DNA from: Bdellovibrionales bacterium Ga0074137
GTDB lineage: Bacteria > Bdellovibrionota > Bdellovibrionia > Bdellovibrionales > JAMPXM01
NCBI GenBank assembly: GCA_001464715.1
Contig: LNDT01000023.1
Coordinates: 12,385 to 76,384, forward strand
Direction: 5' to 3'
DNA: 64,000 nt
In this document: positions 1 through 8,439 of the stretch, piece after piece
Layout of the letters: each line of letters opens with the position of its first letter
How positions within the stretch are numbered: the first letter of the stretch is position 1
Notes under the pieces: model-generated
What the model was told of the DNA's origin: nothing
The model's database searches: none
The model's input: the letters and a program-made list of their open reading frames with translations, nothing else
Translations under genes and position numbers: made by a program

Positions 1-372
1 CAAATGCTGACGGAAAATGATTCCGCAAAAAAGCTTCTCGAAAGCAATCTCGATGACCTCAAGACTTCGCTGGCACAAAACAAACTTCACGTCGACGCGA
101 TGAAGATTGAAGTCGGAACCGAATTCGCGAAGCAGCGTTTTGAACAGGCTCAGCAGGACGCAAGTCGTGAACAGGCCCGTCAAATGGCTCAAGACTTTAT
201 GGGGCAATTTCGTCAGGACCGTGAAGGATTCCGCCAAGGTTTTGGTGAATCTTTGGGATTCAAAAATTACCAGCAGCCACGACGAAATTCTCTTCCAGAA
301 ATTGAACCGGTTGTTGTGGCCTCGGGGTCTCAGCAAAAGTCTGGTGATCGTCGATTAAATCTTGTCGCGTAA
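1..372 (+). CDS. fliK: Flagellar hook-length control protein FliK, C-terminal fragment (5' end outside window)
   Basis: The frame is open from the window edge to the stop at 370-372. The segment LESNLDDLKTSLAQNKLHVDAMKIEV followed by a Q/E/R-rich tail resembles the FliK C-terminal domain. It lies directly upstream of flgD-flgE, as in canonical hook operons. Confidence 0.6.
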   Translation, partial: QMLTENDSAKKLLESNLDDLKTSLAQNKLHVDAMKIEVGTEFAKQRFEQAQQDASREQARQMAQDFMGQFRQDREGFRQGFGESLGFKNYQQPRRNSLPEIEPVVVASGSQQKSGDRRLNLVA

Positions 373-398
373 GTTTTTCGAACTAGGGGATCAGAATC

Positions 399-1442
399 AT
401 GTCAATGATAAGTGTTAAAAGATCGACCCAAACTTTCGCGACTCCCAAGGCGGATTCACAGGCGATCTTGCGCCAAGGTGCGGGAGCAGATCTCGAAAAA
501 ACTAAGGGCTCGAAAGAAAACGCAGTCTCCGCAGGTGACTACGAAAAAGCTTACGGTGATCAGGCTATTGGCGATGTCCTCAACAAAATTGCCGATCCGA
601 ACTGGCAAGATCCGACGAAGAAGATTCGCGCTGCAGGCGACAACAATCTCGACAAGGATGCGTTTTTTAAATTGATGCTCACGCAGATGAAAAACCAAGA
701 TCCGACAAATCCTATGCAATCGCATGAGATGGCAGCGCAGTTGGCGCAGTTTTCATCCTTAGAACAGCTCAACAATATCGGAAAAGGAATCGACGGTCTT
801 TCTGCGACGACCGCCAGCCAAGGAAGCTTCGGTGCCTTGTCGTTCATAGGGAAAGTCGTCTCGGGCGATGCTTCGAAAGTGGCGCGCGGTCCCGGAGATA
901 CTGAACACGGATTCAACTTCACCCTTGGCGGCGACGCGCAAAAAATCAAAGTCTCGATCAAAGATTCGGCTGGAAAAGTCATACGTGAACTTGAACCTGG
1001 AGCTATGAAAAAAGGTGCCAACTCGGTTCGTTGGAATGGACTCACGACCGAAGGACTTCCAGCGAGGGCCGGCGAGTACAAGTTCTCAATCGAAGCTACC
1101 GGTAATGGCGGGCAGAAGGTTTTCGCGAAGAGTTCTTTTGAAGGTCGAATTTCGGGAGTGGATTTCACTGCACAGGGTCCGATGGTCATCGTCAACGGTC
1201 AGTCGATCAAACTTTCCGAAGTGAAGAAGATTGAGGACCCAGCGATTGGACAAGAAAACGTCCGGTCTCGTGAGAACCAGACTCCCGCAACGCCGCTTGG
1301 CGTTGGACAATTGAAGAGTGGGCCAAAAGCTCTTCCGTCGGATGAAGTCATTCCTCCGGCGCCAGAGGAAGTGGCAAATAATATGGAATCGATTCCGATG
1401 GCGGGACCGCTTCTAGCGAAAGTGCAAAAAGAATCGAACTAG
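399..1442 (+). CDS. flgD: Flagellar hook assembly/capping protein FlgD
   Basis: Carries the N-terminal FlgD signature DKDAFFKLMLTQMKNQDPTNPMQSHEMAAQLAQFSSLEQL, then a beta-rich C-terminal half (GEYKFSIEA). Sits between fliK and flgE. Confidence 0.9.
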   Translation: MSMISVKRSTQTFATPKADSQAILRQGAGADLEKTKGSKENAVSAGDYEKAYGDQAIGDVLNKIADPNWQDPTKKIRAAGDNNLDKDAFFKLMLTQMKNQDPTNPMQSHEMAAQLAQFSSLEQLNNIGKGIDGLSATTASQGSFGALSFIGKVVSGDASKVARGPGDTEHGFNFTLGGDAQKIKVSIKDSAGKVIRELEPGAMKKGANSVRWNGLTTEGLPARAGEYKFSIEATGNGGQKVFAKSSFEGRISGVDFTAQGPMVIVNGQSIKLSEVKKIEDPAIGQENVRSRENQTPATPLGVGQLKSGPKALPSDEVIPPAPEEVANNMESIPMAGPLLAKVQKESN

Positions 1443-1473
1443 ATTTTTAAGAATGTGAATTTGGAGATTTGAA

Positions 1474-1941
1474 GTGAACGACTTGAGTGGTGTGAAAAAT
1501 ATCGGTTTGAAAGGCGGAGGCAGTGCCCTTGGCACTCCTGCGAATTCAATCGATGCGCTTCGCAACCGAGAGTCGACGGCACTGGATTTTAAGAAGTCTT
1601 TGGCGGATTCGATAGCGACGGCTCAAACAGGCCTCGCAACTAATCCGACAGTGGCGACAGGTGCTCTTCAGAAAGCTTTGGGTGCAGACGGCCTTAAGTT
1701 TTCAGCGCACGCTGTGGACCGAATGAAATCCAGAGGGATTTCTTTTGCTCCGGATATGATGAAGGGAATTGAAAGCGCAGTGTCTCGTGCGGCCGCAAAA
1801 GGGTCGAAGGATACACTGGTGCTTGCAGGCGATAATGCGCTGATTGTCAGCGTGAAAAACAATACGGTCGTCACAGTGATGGACAAAAACGCGATGCGCG
1901 AAAATGTCTTCACGAATATCGACAGTACGGTGATCGCTTAG
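1474..1941 (+). CDS. Small flagellar-operon protein (TIGR02530-like), function unknown
   Basis: GTG start 7 nt after GGAG. The motif LKFSAHAVDRMKSRGISF resembles the small conserved ORF found between flgD and flgE in several lineages. This is recognition from memory only. Confidence 0.5.
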   Translation: MNDLSGVKNIGLKGGGSALGTPANSIDALRNRESTALDFKKSLADSIATAQTGLATNPTVATGALQKALGADGLKFSAHAVDRMKSRGISFAPDMMKGIESAVSRAAAKGSKDTLVLAGDNALIVSVKNNTVVTVMDKNAMRENVFTNIDSTVIA

Positions 1942-1947
1942 AGGAGT

Positions 1948-2020
1948 GGTACCTGGTTCCTTTTGCAGAGGATCCGCGGCACGAAGTGACGCGGGGTTTC
2001 TGCAAAAGGAACCTGGTACC
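1948..2020. repeat. Long imperfect inverted repeat (22-bp arms, one T-T mismatch) with a nested 5-bp stem; hairpin in the flgE leader/intergenic region
   Basis: Left arm ggtacctggttccttttgcaga (1948-1969) and right arm tctgcaaaaggaacctggtacc (1999-2020). Inner stem ccgcg (1974-1978) pairs with cgcgg (1990-1994). Confidence 0.8.
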
Positions 2021-2190
2021 CGACGAGAAATTATGAGTACGGGCTGGTCTCTTGGGCATGACTGTGACGATGGTGACTCCATCCGAGCTAGGCACAAGGG
2101 AAGCCCTCCCCGCGGTGGATTGACTGAAACTGCGGAAATTAAAGTGAATGAGCATGATGTTCATTCACGAATGTAACCTAGGAGGGGTTC

Positions 2191-3477
2191 ATGGGTGTTC
2201 TTTCATCGCTCTATACGGGCGTATCTGGTTTAACGGCACAAGGCGAAGCATTGGGGGTCATTGGTGATAACATCGCCAACGCGAACACCATTGGTTTCAA
2301 AGCCAGTCGTGCGGAGTTTCAAGACATTATCTCGAAGAACCTGAAAGGGATCTTGGGAGGTAACCAGATCGGTCGCGGTGTGAAGATCGGAGCCGTGAAT
2401 CCAATTCTCTCGCAAGGTAACGTTGATGCGACAGAGAAGTCGACGGATCTAGCAATTTCGGGTGATGGCTACTTTACGCTTCGAGGTTCCGACGGCGAAT
2501 CTTACACTCGCGACGGATCGTTTCACTTCGATCGTGAAGGTTACCTCGTTTCAAACGATGGTCAGCGTGTTCAAGGTTTTCAGAGCGATGACAAGGGTAA
2601 GATCATCAACAAAACCGGCGACATTAAGTTTCCTCGCGCTCTTATTCCAGCCAAAGGAACTTCTGAAATCGCACTTGATATGAACCTCGACTCGCGCGTC
2701 GATACCGGCAAGGTCTTCAATGCCGAAGATCCTTACACGACATCCAACTTCTCGACGGGCGTTGAGGTGTTCGACTCTCAAGGTAACAAGCATTTGATGA
2801 CGTTGTTCTTCAACAAGTCCGCTGATCGACAGTGGGATGTCCGCGGTATGGTCGACGGTAAAGAAGTCGTCGGTGGAACTCCGGGAAAAATGTCGGAAGT
2901 GATGACGGCCAAACTTGGGTTCACCGTTGACGGTAAACTTGATACCGAGCAGATCACAAAGCAGGCTTTCAACTTCGCCGGTGGTGCTCTTCAGAACCAG
3001 CAGATCAAAATCGATTTCGGTGACTCGATCACCACCGACAAAGGCAAAGGCCTTGATGGATCGAAGCAGTACGGAAAAGACTCAGACTTGATCTCTTGGC
3101 GGCAAGATGGAGCGGCGGCGGGAACAATCACGAACATGTCCTTCAACGACGAAGGTGTTCTGACGGCGCTGTATACGAACGGTCAAGCGGCGGATCTTGG
3201 TCAGATTGCAATGGCAAAGTTTGAAAACCCAGAAGCCCTCTTCAAAGTCGGTAACAACCGGTTGAAAGAGTCGCGCGATTCAGGAGCGGGTGCGATTGGA
3301 AAATCACGTCAAGCGGGTCGCGGATCATTGTTTGCGAAATCTCTTGAGCGATCGACCGTCGATTTAGCGACAGAGTTCGTGAATCTGATTCAGAACCAGC
3401 GAGGCTTCCAAGCCAACGCGAAAACCATCACAACAACCGATGAGCTTCTCAACGAAGTGATTCAGTTGAAGCGATAA
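2191..3477 (+). CDS. flgE: Flagellar hook protein FlgE
   Basis: AGGAGG RBS upstream. N-terminus MGVLSSLYTGVSGLTAQGEALGVIGDNIANANTIGFKASR and C-terminus VDLATEFVNLIQNQRGFQANAKTITTTDELLNEVIQLKR are the conserved rod/hook-family termini. Length is 428 aa. Confidence 0.93.
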   Translation: MGVLSSLYTGVSGLTAQGEALGVIGDNIANANTIGFKASRAEFQDIISKNLKGILGGNQIGRGVKIGAVNPILSQGNVDATEKSTDLAISGDGYFTLRGSDGESYTRDGSFHFDREGYLVSNDGQRVQGFQSDDKGKIINKTGDIKFPRALIPAKGTSEIALDMNLDSRVDTGKVFNAEDPYTTSNFSTGVEVFDSQGNKHLMTLFFNKSADRQWDVRGMVDGKEVVGGTPGKMSEVMTAKLGFTVDGKLDTEQITKQAFNFAGGALQNQQIKIDFGDSITTDKGKGLDGSKQYGKDSDLISWRQDGAAAGTITNMSFNDEGVLTALYTNGQAADLGQIAMAKFENPEALFKVGNNRLKESRDSGAGAIGKSRQAGRGSLFAKSLERSTVDLATEFVNLIQNQRGFQANAKTITTTDELLNEVIQLKR

Positions 3478-3494
3478 GCCGTAAGTGACGCTGC

Positions 3495-3541
3495 GCCGGG
3501 TCCCAACCCGGCTTCGCTGCTTCACGCAGGTTTGCGTGAAG
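3495..3541 (+). terminator. Two tandem GC-rich hairpins downstream of flgE (putative terminator region)
   Basis: Hairpin 1 is gccggg-tcccaa-cccggc (3495-3512). Hairpin 2 is cttcacgca-ggtt-tgcgtgaag (3520-3541). There is no strong T-tract, so it may be a weak or Rho-assisted terminator. Confidence 0.5.
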
Positions 3542-3665
3542 ATTAACGCGTAATATTCTTTAGTTCTGAGCCGGGGTGAGCCTCGGCCGCGGAGTCCAGC
3601 ATCTCGTCAATGCCGATGGCCAAACCTTCTCTTGGGTGCGACCGTTTGTGTGACTCCGCGCCCTC

Positions 3666-4841
3666 CTAAATCAAACGGGTGTGTGCGCTGTAACTTCCAA
3701 ATGTTTTCGTTCGAGGCCATTTGTATTGATGCGATTCTTTCATTGTGACGGCATCAAAACTTAAAAATCCGCCATCAATTCCAAGGACGACGAGGCCTAG
3801 GCTATCTACTGCTGCAATCGACCTCGCGGGCGAATCAAAGTTGAGTATGGCATCAAGCTCTTGTTGCTTCGGGTTCCAAACTGCGACCTGCTTTAAATCC
3901 GGCAATGAAATCCAAATCCGACCATCCGCAGCCAAATCCAAACTCAAGACATTATTGAGGAACGCGGGCGACATCGGAGGGACTTCGAACTTGGATTCCT
4001 TTCGAGCAAGATCAAACTCGACGACACTTGTATTTTTCCAAAGGCCATGAAGTGTCCGTCCCGCGCACCCAAGAACTTTTGTCGGGCTAATCATTAGAAG
4101 GTGTTCCGATCCCAGAATGCTTTCGTCATCGAACGCGGGAAAAAGAGGACTTGAATGCACGTCGAATTTTGACGTTTCAAGATCAAAAACAACAAGCTGC
4201 GATTGGCTCGGACCGCGCATGGATCCCCCGCCACCAGCGATCGCGAAACTGGAGGACGTCAATCTCAAGATGTCGTGATTCGAACCAAAATTAAAGGGAA
4301 TCAAGCTTTCGAGTAAAAAGGTCTCGGCGTTGATGACCGCTAGAAAATTTTCGGTTCCCGCTGAGTTGATAACCGATGCGACAACGGTTTTTCCGTCGCC
4401 AGAAAATACGCCGTGACCATAAAAGAACAATCCGGGGGGAAGTTTTAGAAGATTAGTTTCTTTTCCTAACTTCCAATCGATCAGGCAGGTCTGATTCGAG
4501 TATCTTGGAAGAGCAAGTCCGATGTGACGTTCCGTTGGATGTGCTTCCAAAACATGGATGGGAACGTTGCTATCAATCTCTGTGATTCGTTTTTCGTTGA
4601 GCTCAAGACGAAAAGCCCGCCGATGAGAATAAGCCTCGACGTCATAAGGAATGTTGCCATTGTATCCACTTGGCCGCTTCGAAAAGCCTCCAACAAGGCT
4701 GAGCTGGTCACCAGCGATACTTTGGCGACTGGCAAATGGTCCAAGAAGTTTGGAGGCAAAGCTGCCAATGAGAGTAAATTTAAGCGCTTGCTCAATGTGG
4801 AGCCGGCGAGAGGGTGAAATTGGAGTACTGTTTTTTCCCAA
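3666..4841 (-). CDS. DUF1513-like beta-propeller protein with a probable Tat signal
   Basis: FFYGHGVFSGDGKTVVAS resembles the DUF1513 core motif. SRRLHIEQALKFTLIGSFA is a twin-arginine-like signal. The long ORF starting at ATG 4958 overlaps livF by 95 nt. An in-frame TTG at 4841 lies 6 nt after GGAG and is the more likely start (TTG 4853 is also possible). Confidence 0.55.
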   Translation of the reverse strand: MGKNSTPISPSRRLHIEQALKFTLIGSFASKLLGPFASRQSIAGDQLSLVGGFSKRPSGYNGNIPYDVEAYSHRRAFRLELNEKRITEIDSNVPIHVLEAHPTERHIGLALPRYSNQTCLIDWKLGKETNLLKLPPGLFFYGHGVFSGDGKTVVASVINSAGTENFLAVINAETFLLESLIPFNFGSNHDILRLTSSSFAIAGGGGSMRGPSQSQLVVFDLETSKFDVHSSPLFPAFDDESILGSEHLLMISPTKVLGCAGRTLHGLWKNTSVVEFDLARKESKFEVPPMSPAFLNNVLSLDLAADGRIWISLPDLKQVAVWNPKQQELDAILNFDSPARSIAAVDSLGLVVLGIDGGFLSFDAVTMKESHQYKWPRTKTFGSYSAHTRLI

Positions 4842-4863
4842 GTTTCGCTCCAACCTCGAACGA

Positions 4864-5616
4864 TCAGTGTCCGCCCAAATATGAATCAATAATTCTGGGG
4901 TCGCCCAAAAGATCTTTACCGCGGCCAGAAAAAGAGATCTTTCCGGTTTCGACGACATAGGCTCGGTCGGAAATCTTCAGAGCCATACGAGCATTTTGTT
5001 CCACCAAGAGAACGGTCATACCTTCGCTATTTATCTTTTTAATAATCTCGAAAATCTGCGCCACGATCAGCGGAGCAAGTCCAAGACTTGGTTCATCCAA
5101 TAAAAGTAGCGATGGCTTTGCCATCAGTGCGCGCGCGATCGCCAACATTTGCTGCTCGCCGCCGCTCAATGTACCGGCTTTCTGTTTGACGCGTTCTTTG
5201 AGTCGAGGAAACGAAGCGAAGCAAAGTTCAAGATCTTGCGCGATCTCTTCTTTGTCAGTCCGAGAGAAGGCGCCCATCTGCAAATTTTCAAGCACCGTAA
5301 GGTTAGGGAATACACCCCGGCCCTCGGGCGAGTGAGCGAGTCCGAACTTCACAATGCGGTGCTGAGGAACCGTCGCCAAATTCAAAACTTCGCCTGACTT
5401 GCTTTTGAACTCGACAGTACCTGTGTAAGGCACAAGCGATGAAACAGCTCGCAAAGTCGTTGTTTTACCGGCACCGTTTGCTCCGATGAGTGAAACGATC
5501 TCACCGGTTTTGACTTCAAACGAAACACTTTTAAGGGCCTGGATTCCGCCATAGCTGACGGCGAGGTCAGAAACTTTAAGAATATTTTCGCGTGCCGCCG
5601 TTGGTTTCGCTGTCAT
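4864..5616 (-). CDS. livF: Branched-chain amino-acid ABC transporter, ATP-binding protein LivF
   Basis: Walker A GANGAGKTTTL, signature LSGGEQQMLAIARAL, Walker B LLLLDEPSLGLAP, and a LivF-type C-terminus (DPRIIDSYLGG). Confidence 0.9.
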   Translation of the reverse strand: MTAKPTAARENILKVSDLAVSYGGIQALKSVSFEVKTGEIVSLIGANGAGKTTTLRAVSSLVPYTGTVEFKSKSGEVLNLATVPQHRIVKFGLAHSPEGRGVFPNLTVLENLQMGAFSRTDKEEIAQDLELCFASFPRLKERVKQKAGTLSGGEQQMLAIARALMAKPSLLLLDEPSLGLAPLIVAQIFEIIKKINSEGMTVLLVEQNARMALKISDRAYVVETGKISFSGRGKDLLGDPRIIDSYLGGH

Positions 5617-5619
5617 GCT

Positions 5620-6390
5620 TTAATCCTCTGTTCCAAGATAAGCGGCGATCACCGTTGGATTCGACTGAATTTCCGACGGAGTGCCTTCGGCGATGATGAC
5701 ACCGTGATCGAGAACGATAATCCGTTCACAAATACCCATGACCAGTTTCATATCGTGTTCGATCAAAAGGACGGCCAAATGAAAATCTTTTCGAATCTTT
5801 GCGATCGTCTTCATCAGCTCTTCAGTCTCGCTGTGATTCATTCCCGCCGCCGGCTCGTCGAGCAAAATCAGCCGTGGCTCGGTGGCTAAAGCGCGAACTA
5901 TCTCGAGTCGACGTTGTTCGCCGTAAGGGAGTCCGCCGGATTGAAGGTGCGCTTTATCTTGAAGATTAAAAATAGCGAGCAGTTCGAGCGCTCGCTCTTT
6001 CAGCCGAGCCTCTTCGATGAAGTGCCGTGGTGTGCGCAAGGCAGAGTCGAGCAGCGAATGGCGAGTGTGCTGGAGCCCGGCGACAATGACGTTGTCGAGA
6101 ACTGAAAGATCACGGAACAGGCGAATATTCTGAAACGTCCGAGTCATTCCCAATTTCGAAATTTGCCAAGGGCGAAGACGCTTAGTATCCACAGAGCGGA
6201 TCTTCACAACGCCTTCCGTGGGCTTGTAAACACTGGTCAGGCAGTTGAAACACGTGGTTTTGCCTGCGCCGTTAGGCCCAATCAGTCCGACAAGTTCACC
6301 TGATCGCAAGGTCAAATTGAATCCGTCGACGGCACAAAGACCGCCGAACTGCATTTTCATATTTGTCGCTTCAAGAAGAACTTCGCTCAT
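5620..6390 (-). CDS. livG: Branched-chain amino-acid ABC transporter, ATP-binding protein LivG
   Basis: Walker A GPNGAGKTTCFN, LPYGEQRRLEIVRALA, LILLDEPAAGMN, and a LivG-type C-terminus (VIAAYLG). Confidence 0.9.
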   Translation of the reverse strand: MSEVLLEATNMKMQFGGLCAVDGFNLTLRSGELVGLIGPNGAGKTTCFNCLTSVYKPTEGVVKIRSVDTKRLRPWQISKLGMTRTFQNIRLFRDLSVLDNVIVAGLQHTRHSLLDSALRTPRHFIEEARLKERALELLAIFNLQDKAHLQSGGLPYGEQRRLEIVRALATEPRLILLDEPAAGMNHSETEELMKTIAKIRKDFHLAVLLIEHDMKLVMGICERIIVLDHGVIIAEGTPSEIQSNPTVIAAYLGTED

Positions 6391-7445
6391 TGAGGTTTCT
6401 CACTCACCGAACGGCGCTGAAAAAAATCTCTCAGCGATCGCCACAGTTCGGGCGCTTCGCGAGTTCCCAGAATTCCAGACGGGCGAAGAATCATGAAGAG
6501 AATCAAAAGAAGTGAGTAAATCACCATTCGAAGATCGACGCCGGTCAATTGCTGAAGCTCGCGAAGAACCATCTCTGGAAGCACGGTAATGATAGCGGCC
6601 GCGATGACCGCGCCCGTAAAGCTTCCCATGCCTCCGAGGACGATCATGATAATAATGTCGACCGATTTCGTGAAGGTAAACGTGGATGGATTAAGATACT
6701 TCACTGAGTGAGCGAAAAGTGATCCACCGACGCCTGCGAAAAAAGCCGAAATCACAAACGCGCGAACTTTGATTTGAGTGATATTGATTCCCATCGCTTC
6801 AGCCGCAATCTCATCCTCTCGCACCGAAAGGAAGGCTCGGCCCTTGGCGGAGTGTACGATGCGCCAGAGAACGACGAACGTGATCACAGACCAAACAGAA
6901 GCCACCAAAAACTGCGCCGAAAATGGCGATAGACCCAATTCAGGCACCGCCTGCGCGGAGGGTATTCCATAGAGTCCGCGGGCGCCACCAACCGCTTCCG
7001 AGTTGAGAAGTACGACGCGAATAATTTCGCCAAAGCCAAGGGTAACAATCGCTAAGTAATCGCCGCGCAACCGAAGCGACGGAAGTCCTACAATAAGACC
7101 TGCAACAGCGGCCAGCGCACCGCCTGCGATTGGTAAAATCAGAAACTTGACCAGATCTGGCATTCCTGAAAGTTCCGGCCGAGTCACAAGCCAAGCTGAC
7201 GTGTAGGCTCCGACGGCCATGAATCCCGCGTGTCCCAGCGAAAACTGTCCCGTGAAGCCGTTGACCAGGTTGAGAGATGTCGCAAGCACGACGTTTGTTA
7301 AAATCAGAAGCATCACAAACTGAGTGTAGGGGTTGGCCGACGTGTCCAACAAAACTCCAACCAGCGAAAGCAAAACAATCGCTGCCATTGGTGCGGGAAT
7401 AGAACCAAGCGACTTAAACCGCGCGACTCGATCTTCGGTAGTCAC
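6387..7445 (-). CDS. livM: Branched-chain amino-acid ABC transporter permease LivM
   Basis: Polytopic membrane protein with GQFSLGHAGFMAVGAYTSA and RGDYLAIVTLGFGEIIR motifs. Its stop overlaps the livG start by 4 nt. Confidence 0.88.
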   Translation of the reverse strand: MTTEDRVARFKSLGSIPAPMAAIVLLSLVGVLLDTSANPYTQFVMLLILTNVVLATSLNLVNGFTGQFSLGHAGFMAVGAYTSAWLVTRPELSGMPDLVKFLILPIAGGALAAVAGLIVGLPSLRLRGDYLAIVTLGFGEIIRVVLLNSEAVGGARGLYGIPSAQAVPELGLSPFSAQFLVASVWSVITFVVLWRIVHSAKGRAFLSVREDEIAAEAMGINITQIKVRAFVISAFFAGVGGSLFAHSVKYLNPSTFTFTKSVDIIIMIVLGGMGSFTGAVIAAAIITVLPEMVLRELQQLTGVDLRMVIYSLLLILFMILRPSGILGTREAPELWRSLRDFFQRRSVSEKPQ

Positions 7446-8368
7446 TAAACTTTCTCCCTTGTTTGCGAGCCGAGAAGACCCGAAGGACGAAAGAGTAAAA
7501 TGACTATCAAGATGCCGAATGCAAGAGCGTCGCGGTAAGTGCTTGAGAGATATCCAACAACCATTTCTTCGCTGAGTCCCAAAATCACACCGCCAAGCAT
7601 AGCTCCCGGCAAACTTCCAATCCCGCCGAGGACCGCAGCGACGAACGCCTTAATTCCAAAAAGCATTCCCATGAGTGGATCGATCTTCGGGTACTTAAGT
7701 CCGACAAGAACCGAAGCAATTCCCGCAAGCGATGATCCAATGACGAAAGTGAAGGAGATAACTTGATCGACATTGATGCCCATGAGTCTTGCGACCATGG
7801 TGTTGGAGCTCACGGCGCGCATCGCTGTTCCAATTTTAGTCGCGTGAACCAGAAAGTGAAGTCCGATCATGACCAAAGTTCCGACGACGAGGATTGTGAT
7901 ATCGAGCGATCGAACCTCGACGCCTCCCAGTTGAAACACCGTGACGTCTTTTATGACTTCGGGAAAAAGCTTCGGATCAGCGCCGAAAATAATCTGACCC
8001 GAGTACTGGAGCAAAAGGCTAACTCCAATAGCAGTAATTAAAATGTTGAGCTTTGGAGCTTTTCTCAAAGGGCGGTAGGCGAGGCGCTCGATAGTAACAC
8101 CCAGAATAGAGCAGACAACGACTGCGGCTAAAAGCAGAGCGAAAAGCGCGCCAAAACCGGGGTGTTGATCCAATCCAAGACCCTTACCTGTGTAATAAGC
8201 GGCAAAGGCACCGACCATATAAACTTCGCTATGCGCGAAGTTTATCAACTGGAGAATTCCGTAAACCATGGTGTAGCCGAGAGCAATCAGGGCATAAATG
8301 CTGCCGAGGCTAATGCCATTGATCAAATGCTGGATAAATTCTTGAGCACTACTTTGATCCAAACGCAA
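7445..8368 (-). CDS. livH: Branched-chain amino-acid ABC transporter permease LivH
   Basis: TTG start. INGISLGSIYALIALGYTMVYGILQLINFAHSEV is the LivH N-terminal signature. There is a 1-nt stop/start overlap with livM. Confidence 0.88.
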   Translation of the reverse strand: MRLDQSSAQEFIQHLINGISLGSIYALIALGYTMVYGILQLINFAHSEVYMVGAFAAYYTGKGLGLDQHPGFGALFALLLAAVVVCSILGVTIERLAYRPLRKAPKLNILITAIGVSLLLQYSGQIIFGADPKLFPEVIKDVTVFQLGGVEVRSLDITILVVGTLVMIGLHFLVHATKIGTAMRAVSSNTMVARLMGINVDQVISFTFVIGSSLAGIASVLVGLKYPKIDPLMGMLFGIKAFVAAVLGGIGSLPGAMLGGVILGLSEEMVVGYLSSTYRDALAFGILIVILLFRPSGLLGSQTREKV

Positions 8369-8439
8369 ATCTCCGAGGTTTCGGACTAAGTAGAAAACAT
8401 GTTTGGACCTGCGTCAAAGGTGAACACGTCTTAGGGAGC

